From Clostridiales bacterium (lineage in GTDB: Bacteria; Bacillota; Clostridia; Christensenellales; Aristaeellaceae): a stretch of 64,000 bases of DNA. Below are positions 1 through 8,067 of the stretch, piece after piece (the stretch's first letter is position 1; every line of letters starts with the position of its first letter). The position numbers were made by a program, and so were the translations under genes. The notes below the pieces were generated by a model. That model was not told the DNA's origin. It was given only the letters and a program-made list of their open reading frames with translations, and ran no database searches. The stretch spans positions 3,826 to 67,825 of the forward strand of contig SVGM01000016.1 in assembly GCA_015056365.1 (NCBI GenBank), given 5' to 3'.

Positions 1-96
1 GAGGCCCGTACACTCGGTTGCGGACGCCAAATCCTCAATATCCCGCTCCGGCGGGGTGGTGATGGGATCCCGAAGGGGCGTATGCTGATGATTCAT
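1..96 (-). CDS. 5' end of an unidentified CDS that runs off the left edge (MNHQHTPLRDPITTPPERDIEDLASATECTGL...)
   Basis: ATG at 94-96 (minus) lies 7 nt downstream of AAGGAGG (104-110). The frame is open to the window edge. I do not recognise the product. Confidence 0.4.
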   Translation of the reverse strand, partial: MNHQHTPLRDPITTPPERDIEDLASATECTGL

Positions 97-173
97 TGCC
101 ATACCTCCTTTATCATCCAACAGGATGCCCAGGCGGATGGCGTTGCAAACCGGAAAAGCTTGGATGCTCCTGC

Positions 174-971
174 CTATTGGGCAGCGATGGTGCAGAGCTT
201 CCCCCGAAGGACATAGCCGATCTTTTCATAGCATGTGTTGGAAGCCATATAATCTGCATCCGTATATAGCATGGGTGTGAACCCACTATCGGCAATCATC
301 CGAGTCACCTGATAGACCAAGTGCTGGGCATAATGCTTTCTGCGGTGATTCGGCTTGGTATAGACGCCGCCCACGCAGCCAAGGCCGTCATTAGTTCTGC
401 ATGAGCAGCAGGCAACGGTTTCGCCGGAAGTATTCTTCCAGAAGAAAAAGCCGTGATCGCTGATGTGCTGCTCTGCCAGAATACGGCAGTCCTCCCGGCT
501 GGTCCGGTCAGCGGCGATGTCCTGATGAAACTGGTCGATCAAATCCGCTGCTTCCTCTATATCTGCCGGGGTGCAGCAATAAAAGCCGCCGTCGGTGCAG
601 GTTGTGGGCGGGATGGCCGCTGGGCAATCGTAAGCATACATATTGGTAGCGATGTGTGCCTGCACGCCTGCCTCCTGCGCACGGGCAAGAAAATACTCCG
701 CCAGCTCATATTTCAAATTGTACCGGTATCCCTCCGCCATGGGGAGCGTCTTAGCAGCCAACTGCCATGCCTGTTCCTTTTCATCATCGCTGATGGCATC
801 CGGCGTCCAGATCCACACCGGGTACGGCATCGCCGTATGGCAAAGGATGAGCCGCTCATGATCGGTGTACACACAGCTGCAGGGGCCGTGCAGCACACGG
901 CTCAACACCGCAAAGGTGTACCGGTCTGCGTCCAATTGCCGAAAATCCCGTTCATCAACGGTGCAATCCAT
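174..971 (-). CDS. GNAT-family N-acetyltransferase (about 265 aa)
   Basis: ORF 174..992, trimmed to the ATG at 969-971, which is preceded by GAAGGAGG. The C-terminal half has a GNAT-like acetyl-CoA pocket block (VGGVYTKPNHRRKHYAQHLV). Confidence 0.65.
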   Translation of the reverse strand: MDCTVDERDFRQLDADRYTFAVLSRVLHGPCSCVYTDHERLILCHTAMPYPVWIWTPDAISDDEKEQAWQLAAKTLPMAEGYRYNLKYELAEYFLARAQEAGVQAHIATNMYAYDCPAAIPPTTCTDGGFYCCTPADIEEAADLIDQFHQDIAADRTSREDCRILAEQHISDHGFFFWKNTSGETVACCSCRTNDGLGCVGGVYTKPNHRRKHYAQHLVYQVTRMIADSGFTPMLYTDADYMASNTCYEKIGYVLRGKLCTIAAQ

Positions 972-992
972 AATGATTCCTCCTTCTTTCAC

Positions 993-1039
993 AAAAATGC
1001 AGAGAACCTCCGCATGCTATGCGCTATGCGGAGGTTCTC
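993..1039 (-). terminator. Intrinsic terminator downstream of ilvE
   Basis: A 14-bp stem (GAGAACCTCCGCAT at 1002-1015 pairs with ATGCGGAGGTTCTC at 1026-1039) is followed on the minus strand by a T5 run (993-997). Confidence 0.7.
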
Positions 1040-1060
1040 GTCACGATGCGAACGCTACTG

Positions 1061-2086
1061 TCAGCAAATCTCCTGAATCCAGCCTTCGGGGGCAGGAATG
1101 GTGCCCATCTGGATGCCCCGGAGGGTATCGTACAGCTTCTTGGTCACAGGGCCCATTTCGGTCATACCCGAGGGGAAACGGATCTCCTCGCCGTGATCCA
1201 CAATGCAGCCAACGGGCGAAATCACAGCCGCGGTGCCGCAAAGACCAGCTTCCGCAAAGTCCTTCAGTTCATCCAGACGAACTTCGCGTTCTTCCGCCTC
1301 AAGGCCCAAATAATCCGTGGCGACCTGCAGCAAGGAGCGGCGGGTGATGGAGGGCAGAATGGTGGAGGACTTGGGCGTTACGACCTTGTTGTCCTTGGTG
1401 ACGAAAATGATATTGGCGCCGCCAGTTTCCTCAACAAAGGTACGGGTGGCAGAATCCAGATACAGGTTCTCGTCATAGCCCTGCTCATGGGCGTCAACGA
1501 TGGCGTAAAGGCTCATGGCATAGTTCAGGCCAGCCTTCACATGACCGGTACCATGGGGCGCGGCGCGGTCAAAATCGCTGATGCGCAGGGTGAGGGGCTT
1601 CACGCCGCCCTTGAAATAGGGACCCACGGGGGTGGCAAATACACGGAACTCAAACTCGGTGGCAGGCTTCACACCGATAACCGGGTTCTTTCCGAACATA
1701 AAGGGGCGCAGATACAGCGAAGCGCCGGTTCCATAGGGCGGCACCCAGCGGGCGTTTGCGCGAACCGTCTGCACAATGGCGTCCACAAAGCGCTCCTTGG
1801 GGAAAGCCGGCATCTTCAGCCGGTCGCAGGTATCGATCATGCGCTGGGCATTCAGGTCGGGGCGGAAGCAAACGATGCGTCCATCCTCGGTGGTGTAGGC
1901 CTTCAGGCCTTCAAAGCAGGTCTGGGCATACTGCAAAACGCAGGCGCACTCGCTCATTACGATTTCAGAATCGCCAGTCAGACGACCGTCGTCCCACTTG
2001 CCGTCCTTATACTCAGCCACGTAGCGTTCATCGGTTTTGATATAACCAAAACCAAGATTACCCCAATCCACATCCGCTTTCGTCAT
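1061..2086 (-). CDS. ilvE: Branched-chain amino acid aminotransferase
   Basis: Class IV aminotransferase blocks are present (CFEGLKAY, SLYLRPF, VKAGLNYA, GTAAVISPV). Start trimmed to MTKADVDWGNLGFGY, behind an AGGAGGG SD. Confidence 0.93.
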   Translation of the reverse strand: MTKADVDWGNLGFGYIKTDERYVAEYKDGKWDDGRLTGDSEIVMSECACVLQYAQTCFEGLKAYTTEDGRIVCFRPDLNAQRMIDTCDRLKMPAFPKERFVDAIVQTVRANARWVPPYGTGASLYLRPFMFGKNPVIGVKPATEFEFRVFATPVGPYFKGGVKPLTLRISDFDRAAPHGTGHVKAGLNYAMSLYAIVDAHEQGYDENLYLDSATRTFVEETGGANIIFVTKDNKVVTPKSSTILPSITRRSLLQVATDYLGLEAEEREVRLDELKDFAEAGLCGTAAVISPVGCIVDHGEEIRFPSGMTEMGPVTKKLYDTLRGIQMGTIPAPEGWIQEIC

Positions 2087-2149
2087 CGGTAATCCCTCCT
2101 GAAAAATGCGCCTGTCCGGGGAGAGGCAAGCGTCATGGTTTGATAGTCG

Positions 2150-2179
2150 ATTATAGGCCCCCAAGCCGTTTTTTGTCAA
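2150..2179 (-). promoter_or_regulatory. Sigma-A-type promoter for ilvE (TTGACA-18-TATAAT)
   Basis: On the minus strand, TTGACA lies at 2174-2179 and TATAAT at 2150-2155, with an 18-nt spacer. The ATG is about 60 nt downstream. Confidence 0.55.
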
Positions 2180-2246
2180 TCCCACCAAGCCTTACAAACA
2201 AAATGAATACAAATGGAAGGAAAGTGAAAAAAACGCTTTCCAGCAC

Positions 2247-2275
2247 TTGACGAAAACCTGTTTGGCGCATACAAT
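2247..2275 (+). promoter_or_regulatory. Sigma-A-type promoter for the glycogen operon (TTGACG-17-TACAAT)
   Basis: TTGACG lies at 2247-2252 and TACAAT at 2270-2275, separated by a 17-nt spacer. It is divergent from the ilvE promoter. Confidence 0.5.
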
Positions 2276-2378
2276 AGTGTATAGATATATACATACGAAT
2301 CGGTATGTCATTCGACAGAAAAGCAGCGATAATGCTGCGTTTTTCCGTATTTGCTTTGCGCCAAGGGAGGTCGATCTG

Positions 2379-3806
2379 ATGTTTTTTGCCATGTCATCGG
2401 CCGATGCGGGACGTATGTCGCGCAGGGAACAAAGCGGCTATCTCTGGCATGACGATGAATGGATGAACGACCGTCAGCACTTGATTCCAAAGGTAAGTCC
2501 TGTGAATCTTTTCGCGGCAGACACCACAGTCTTTGGCTCACAATTGGTCGACCAGATACAACGAATGGGCTACACGCATCTTTGCCTGACCCAGCCTGCC
2601 GTGACCGCCAACGCTGATGAATGCCTGCTGATGGAGCTGATTGACAGCTGCCACTCAGCCAAGATCGGGGTAATCTTGCCATGGTCGCCGCCGTTTTGTG
2701 CAGATGAGCTGGATGAGCAGCAGCACTGCTCCCGCCTGATGGAAGATGCCTGTTCCCTGCTGACGGTGTATCACGCGGACGGTCTGTTCCTTCCGTCTCC
2801 TGATGATTTCCTCCTGTATGATGACTCACCCCGCTGTGCAGAAGCCAAACGTAACCTGTACGGTGGACGGGAGAACCTGAGCGGATTCGCCTTCCTTCAT
2901 GGACTAAGTGAAACCATCGCCCGTGACTTTCCGGGTGTGATGATGATCGCAGGCGAATGCAGCGGTTTTCCCATGATGACCGGCTCCACCTGGCTGGGCG
3001 GCCTGGGATTCCACCTGAAATGGAATGCAGACTGGCTGGACAGCACTGTGTCCTACCTGCGAACAGATGCCATGTATCGCAAGTGGCGTCATCCGCTGCT
3101 CCTCTCCTCGTTGCTGCCGGATAGCACCGAACACCGATTGTTCCCGCTGCGTCTTCACGAAACCCAACAAAGCCTTCTGGAATTGCTGCCCGGGGACGAA
3201 TGGCAGAAATTCGCCGGTCTTCGTGCATTGCATGGCTACACGATGGCACTTCCCGGCAAGAAGCTGTTTTCAGCCGGCAGCATGACCATTCCTGAGGTGA
3301 ACGAAGGCGAAACGACAAACCGCTGTGAGGCTCTGCAGCAATGTCTGGCTGCGTTAAATCAGCTCTACCGTGAATATCCCGCACTGTATGCAGCGGATCA
3401 TTCCCCGGACAGCTTCCAGTGGGTCGGCCCCTGGGACTGTGACAACAGCGTGATCGCCTTTCTCCGGTGTGCTCCCGGAGAGGACGCCATCCTATGCGTG
3501 GTCAATTTCAGGTCAATCTTTCATCCCATCTACCGTGTAGGCCTCCCCCATCCCGGCACCCTGACCGAGGTATTCAACACCGACAAGGCGCAATGGGGCG
3601 GCAGCGACCAGTACAACGGCTGGGAGCCTGCCGTAGAGGCCGGGAATTACAACAGCTTCCCCTACTGGGCGGATCTCTGTGTACCTCCGCTCGGTTGTGT
3701 ATACTTCCGTTACCATATGCACCCGTCCAAAACGGTAAGGAAGAACCGGTTTGGCACGTTACCCGTCAGTTTACGGCGGAAGAAAGGAGGCGTGCATGCA
3801 ACCTGA
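2379..3806 (+). CDS. GlgB (GH13 branching enzyme)-derived protein that lacks the CBM48 N-terminus and the canonical catalytic residues
   Basis: ATG 2379 is preceded by AGGGAGG. GlgB-like blocks are present (GGLGFHLKWNADWLDS; C-terminal NSVIAFLR...LCVVNF). GH13 regions I-IV read LPWSPPF / GLFLPSP / AGECSG / RLHETQQS. Confidence 0.75.
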   Translation: MFFAMSSADAGRMSRREQSGYLWHDDEWMNDRQHLIPKVSPVNLFAADTTVFGSQLVDQIQRMGYTHLCLTQPAVTANADECLLMELIDSCHSAKIGVILPWSPPFCADELDEQQHCSRLMEDACSLLTVYHADGLFLPSPDDFLLYDDSPRCAEAKRNLYGGRENLSGFAFLHGLSETIARDFPGVMMIAGECSGFPMMTGSTWLGGLGFHLKWNADWLDSTVSYLRTDAMYRKWRHPLLLSSLLPDSTEHRLFPLRLHETQQSLLELLPGDEWQKFAGLRALHGYTMALPGKKLFSAGSMTIPEVNEGETTNRCEALQQCLAALNQLYREYPALYAADHSPDSFQWVGPWDCDNSVIAFLRCAPGEDAILCVVNFRSIFHPIYRVGLPHPGTLTEVFNTDKAQWGGSDQYNGWEPAVEAGNYNSFPYWADLCVPPLGCVYFRYHMHPSKTVRKNRFGTLPVSLRRKKGGVHAT

Positions 3807-3903
3807 ATCTCCCGCCGCAGGCAAAACAACGGGAGGTGCGGCGTAACCCCAGTCCCCGGTTGGTACCCAAAACAGTTATCAAATTGAAGGAGTGACCCCT
3901 CCC

Positions 3904-5076
3904 ATGATGAACAAAAAGCAATGCGTTGCCATGCTGCTGGCCGGTGGTCAGGGCAGCCGTCTGGGCATTCTGACAGCCGATGTAGCCAAGCCTGCCATCC
4001 CCTATGGCGGCAAATACCGCATCATCGACTTCCCCCTGTCCAACTGCACCAACAGCGGTATCGACGTGGTGGGCGTGCTGACCCAGTACCGTCCTCTGGC
4101 CCTGAATGCCTACATCGGCAGCGGCTCCCCCTGGGATCTTGACCTTGCCCATGGCGGCGTCTATGTGCTCCCCCCCTACCAGACCGGCAAGAGCGGCGAA
4201 TGGTATTCCGGTACCGCCAATGCCATCTATCAGAACCTGCAGTTCATTGAGCAGTTCGACACCGATTACGTTCTCATCCTCAGCGGCGACCACATCTACA
4301 AGATGGACTACAACGCCATGCTGAAGTTCCACATTGAAAACGAAGCCGACTGCACCATCGCTGTGCGCGAAGTGCCGTGGGCTGAAGCCAGCCGTTTCGG
4401 CATCATGAACACCGGCGAAGGTAACCGTATCGACGAGTTCGAAGAAAAGCCCGCCAACCCCAAGAGCAACAAGGCCAGCATGGGCGTGTACATCTTCACC
4501 TGGGACAAACTGCGCAAGTACCTCACCGAGGATGCTGCCGATCCCAAGAGCTCCAACGACTTTGGCAAAAACATCATCCCCAATATGCTGGGTGATGGAC
4601 AGCGTATGTTCGCCTACGACTTCGAAGGTTACTGGAAGGACGTTGGCACCATCGAGAGCCTGTGGGAAGCCAACATGGACCTGCTGGAGATGCCTATGCC
4701 CATCGACCTGTACGACAAAAAGTGGCGCATCTACGGCCGTAACCCCGGTCTGGCCCCCAGCTTTGTGTCCGAAGGCGGTAAGGCCATCAACAGCCTGATC
4801 ACTGAGGGCTGCGAAGTGTACGGCACCGTGGAACACAGCATTCTCTTTGCGGGCGTCACCATCGAAGAAGGCGCCAAGGTAGTTGACAGCGTGCTGATGC
4901 CCGGCTGCACCGTCAAGCGCGGCGCTGTGGTGCGCAGAAGCATCGTGGCCGAAGCCGCGGTTATCGGCTCCGGCTCCGAAGTGGGCGAAACCACCGGCAA
5001 TATCGCCGTGGTGGGCGACCATGTAACCCTGCCTGCCGGCAGTGTTGTCAAGGCCGGCGAGCAGCGTGCACAGTAA
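3904..5076 (+). CDS. glgC: Glucose-1-phosphate adenylyltransferase
   Basis: Motifs seen: [33 protein letters not shown], and a C-terminal left-handed beta-helix repeat region. ATG 3904 follows a GAAGGAG SD. Confidence 0.95.
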   Translation: MMNKKQCVAMLLAGGQGSRLGILTADVAKPAIPYGGKYRIIDFPLSNCTNSGIDVVGVLTQYRPLALNAYIGSGSPWDLDLAHGGVYVLPPYQTGKSGEWYSGTANAIYQNLQFIEQFDTDYVLILSGDHIYKMDYNAMLKFHIENEADCTIAVREVPWAEASRFGIMNTGEGNRIDEFEEKPANPKSNKASMGVYIFTWDKLRKYLTEDAADPKSSNDFGKNIIPNMLGDGQRMFAYDFEGYWKDVGTIESLWEANMDLLEMPMPIDLYDKKWRIYGRNPGLAPSFVSEGGKAINSLITEGCEVYGTVEHSILFAGVTIEEGAKVVDSVLMPGCTVKRGAVVRRSIVAEAAVIGSGSEVGETTGNIAVVGDHVTLPAGSVVKAGEQRAQ

Positions 5077-5113
5077 TCCCTTTTGCCTATCAACCACAAA
5101 GTGAGGTACTATC

Positions 5114-6241
5114 ATGAAAGACGTAATGGGTGTTATTTACACCGGCGAAAAAGATGATTTTCTGCGGGATTTGACCAAGGTGCGCGCCATTGCTGCCATG
5201 CCCGTTTGCGGCCGCTATCGCGTGATCGACTTTTTGGTCTCCAGCATGGTCAACAGCGGTATGCGCAATGTGGGCGTGATCATGCAGAAGAACTACCAGA
5301 GCCTGATGGACCATCTGGGCAGCGGCAAGGAATGGGACCTCCACGGCAAAAATGACGGTCTGTTCATCCTGCCTCCCTTCCTGAATGCCGATGAAAACAA
5401 CGGCGTATACAAGGGCTCCATCGACGCCCTGCACTCCAACATGGGCTACCTGCGCCGCAGCCGTCAGGAATACGTGCTGCTGACCAACAGCCTCATCGTG
5501 TACAACGCCAACTTCACCGACGCTTTTGCCAAGTTTAAGGCAAGCGATGCGGACATCATGATGCTCTACACCCGCAATCCTGCTATGCAGCGTGCCAACT
5601 ACGGCGCTTATCTGGATGTGGACGAGAACGGCATGATCCGCGATTTGGAAGTGGATCCCACCAAGCCCAAGTACGAAAACACCAGCATGGACGTGTTCAT
5701 CATGAAGAAGTCCCTGCTGCTGGATCTGGTGGATACCGGCGCTGCTCACCGCTACCACGAACTGCTGGGCGACATCATTCTGCGCAGCGTCCGTGACAAC
5801 GGCATGAAGGTCATGGGTTATGAATACACCGACCTGTGCTACCGTCTGGACAGCGTGGAGAACTACCTGAAGTTCAACATGGATTGTCTGGATCCCGACA
5901 TCCGTCACCAGCTCTTCCCCGAAAACCGCCCCGTGTACACCAAGGTGCGCGATCAGCTGGCTGCCCGCTATATGGAAGGCGCCAACGTGATCAACTCCAT
6001 GGTGGCCGACGGCAGCATGATCAACGGCACTGTGGAGCACAGCGTGCTCTTCCGCGGCGTGAAGATCGGCAAGGGCGCTCACGTGAAGAACTGCATCATC
6101 ATGCAGGACGGCGTGATCGAGGACGGCGTTTATCTGGAAAACTGCATTCTGGATAAAAACGTGTTCATCAAAGCGGGCGAAAAGGTCATCGGCACCAAGT
6201 ATTATCCCGTCTGCGTTGACAAGGGCGGCAAGATTCTCTAA
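5114..6241 (+). CDS. glgD: Glucose-1-phosphate adenylyltransferase regulatory subunit GlgD
   Basis: A paralogue of GlgC whose N-terminal loop has diverged (IYTGEKDDFLRDLT). It sits directly after glgC, as in Firmicute glgCD pairs. Confidence 0.85.
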   Translation: MKDVMGVIYTGEKDDFLRDLTKVRAIAAMPVCGRYRVIDFLVSSMVNSGMRNVGVIMQKNYQSLMDHLGSGKEWDLHGKNDGLFILPPFLNADENNGVYKGSIDALHSNMGYLRRSRQEYVLLTNSLIVYNANFTDAFAKFKASDADIMMLYTRNPAMQRANYGAYLDVDENGMIRDLEVDPTKPKYENTSMDVFIMKKSLLLDLVDTGAAHRYHELLGDIILRSVRDNGMKVMGYEYTDLCYRLDSVENYLKFNMDCLDPDIRHQLFPENRPVYTKVRDQLAARYMEGANVINSMVADGSMINGTVEHSVLFRGVKIGKGAHVKNCIIMQDGVIEDGVYLENCILDKNVFIKAGEKVIGTKYYPVCVDKGGKIL

Positions 6242-6284
6242 AATATTGCCTTGACCCAAGAAAGCAACCAAGGAGGAGTTCCCC

Positions 6285-7721
6285 ATGAAAATTCTCTTTA
6301 CGGCCAGCGAATGCGTTCCCTTTGTCAAGACCGGCGGTCTGGCGGACGTGGTCGGCGCTTTGGCTCCCGTGCTGAGCAAGCAGGGGCATGACGTACGCGT
6401 TATCCTGCCCATGTATACCGCTATCGACGAGAAATGGCAGTCCCAGATGGAGTTTGTGCTCCACTTCGACGTGCAGCTTGGCTGGCGCAGACAGTACTGC
6501 GGCATTCAGATGCTCAAGAAGGACGGCGTGACCTACTATTTCCTCGATAACAAGTACTATTTCGGCCGTCCCTACATCTACGGCCTGGGTGGCGATGAGT
6601 ATGAGCGCTATGGCTTCTTCTGCCGTGCTGCCCTTAACGCTCTTCCCCTGCTCGACTTCCAGCCCGATGTGCTCCATGCCCACGACTGGCAGTCCGGCAT
6701 GGTGCCCGCCCTGCTGAAGATCCAGTATGCGCACCTGCCCTTCTATTCCAACATCCGTACCATGTTCACCATCCACAACCTGCAGTATCAGGGCATTTTC
6801 GGCATCAAGGAAGTGCAGGATGTGCTGGGCCTGGGCGATGACCTCTTTACCTCTGACAAGCTGGAATGCTTCGGCTGCGCCAACTTCATGAAGGCCGGTC
6901 TGGTGTACAGTGATGTGATCACCACCGTCAGCCCCAGCTACGCCGAGGAAATCACCACGGCGTATTACGGCGAACGCATGGACGGTCTGATTCGTGCCCG
7001 TCACGACTCACTCTACGGCGTGCTCAACGGTATCGACGTGCAGGAGTATGATCCCGAGACCGACCCCATGATCTACAAGAACTACACCAGCGAGACCCTG
7101 GAAGACAAGGTGGAGAATAAGCTCCGCCTGCAGCGTGACCTGGGTCTGGAAGAGAATCCCGACATTCCGCTGATCGCCATGGTCGGCCGTCTGAGCAATC
7201 AGAAGGGTCTGGATCTGGTGGACTGCGTGCTGGGCGACATCATGAATGAAGACGTTCAGCTGGTGGTGTTGGGTATGGGTGAAGCCCGCTACACCAACCT
7301 CTTCAGCTGGGCTGAGCAGCAGTATCAGGGCAAGATGGCCGCCCGCTTTGCCATGGACCATCAGCTGGCCCACCGGTTGTATGCCGCTGCGGACTTCTTC
7401 CTGATGCCCTCGCTGTTTGAGCCCTGCGGCCTGAGCCAGCTCATCTCCCTGCGTTACGGCACCGTGCCCATCGTCCGCGAAACTGGCGGTCTGCGCGATA
7501 CCGTGCTGAGCTACAACAAGTTCAATAACGAAGGCAACGGCTTTACCTTCCTGAACTACAATGCTCACGACATGCTCAACGTGATCCGTCGTGCCCTTGG
7601 CTACTATCGTGACCAGAAAGACGTCATCGAGATGCTGCGCAAGCGCGGCATGGCCGGTGACTACAGCTGGACCCACAGCGCTGCGGAGTACGTAAAGATT
7701 TACGAGAAGATGCTGGGCTAA
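6285..7721 (+). CDS. glgA: Glycogen synthase (ADP-glucose type, GT5)
   Basis: N-terminal ECVPFVKTGGLADVVG motif and C-terminal PSLFEPCGLSQL block. AAGGAGG SD upstream. Confidence 0.95.
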   Translation: MKILFTASECVPFVKTGGLADVVGALAPVLSKQGHDVRVILPMYTAIDEKWQSQMEFVLHFDVQLGWRRQYCGIQMLKKDGVTYYFLDNKYYFGRPYIYGLGGDEYERYGFFCRAALNALPLLDFQPDVLHAHDWQSGMVPALLKIQYAHLPFYSNIRTMFTIHNLQYQGIFGIKEVQDVLGLGDDLFTSDKLECFGCANFMKAGLVYSDVITTVSPSYAEEITTAYYGERMDGLIRARHDSLYGVLNGIDVQEYDPETDPMIYKNYTSETLEDKVENKLRLQRDLGLEENPDIPLIAMVGRLSNQKGLDLVDCVLGDIMNEDVQLVVLGMGEARYTNLFSWAEQQYQGKMAARFAMDHQLAHRLYAAADFFLMPSLFEPCGLSQLISLRYGTVPIVRETGGLRDTVLSYNKFNNEGNGFTFLNYNAHDMLNVIRRALGYYRDQKDVIEMLRKRGMAGDYSWTHSAAEYVKIYEKMLG

Positions 7722-7759
7722 GGGTAGCGCTTCCATCATTCTTGTATTTTCTAGATTCA

Positions 7760-7800
7760 AAAAGGACGGGGTGTGATCTGATTCACCCCGTCCTTTTTCC
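7760..7800 (+). terminator. Intrinsic terminator of the glg operon
   Basis: A 14-bp stem (AAAAGGACGGGGTG pairs with CACCCCGTCCTTTT) runs straight into a T-run. Confidence 0.85.
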
Positions 7801-7974
7801 ATTGAAACAAAACAGCGCTACTATACACGTTGTGGTTACAGGCATCACTATGCCAAACGCCGTTCCTGTTTTCTCCCCTTCCGGCGCGCGTTGGAAGGGG
7901 CTGACTCTGTATGCACCGTTTATGTCATATATGAAAAAATGCGTGAAAATCAGCAGGAAAAATGACAAGTGGTA

Positions 7975-8003
7975 TTGCATGCCATGGAAAACAATGCTAT
8001 ACT
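7975..8003 (+). promoter_or_regulatory. Sigma-A-type promoter for tig (TTGCAT-17-TATACT)
   Basis: TTGCAT lies at 7975-7980 and TATACT at 7998-8003, with a 17-nt spacer. Confidence 0.45.
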
Positions 8004-8067
8004 AACTCTCGGTGTCTTTTGATAATGTTGGCAGAAGCATCCAGTTCTCTGCCAGGGAGGAAAATGC

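Noticed and set aside
2087-2149. T-box or other leader upstream of ilvE.
   Set aside because: The leader is only ~60 nt after a consensus promoter. There is no specifier loop, no T-box sequence and no terminator/antiterminator pair.
3766-6505. Long antisense ORFs (3766..5115, 449 aa; 5090..6505, 471 aa) opposite glgC and glgD.
   Set aside because: Their translations are low-complexity Ala/Gly/His/Val-rich with no recognisable motifs or SD. They mirror well-supported genes exactly. This is the typical stop-free shadow frame of GC3-biased coding DNA.
7801-7970. Possible small RNA or small protein (ORFs 7742..8005(+) and 7783..7980(-)) in the 270-nt gap between the glgA terminator and the tig promoter. 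The gap includes a CCCCTTCC-N10-GGAAGGGG hairpin.
   Set aside because: Neither ORF has an SD, and the plus-strand ORF runs through the glgA terminator. The hairpin lacks a U-tract and I could find no promoter for it. The evidence is insufficient to call a feature.
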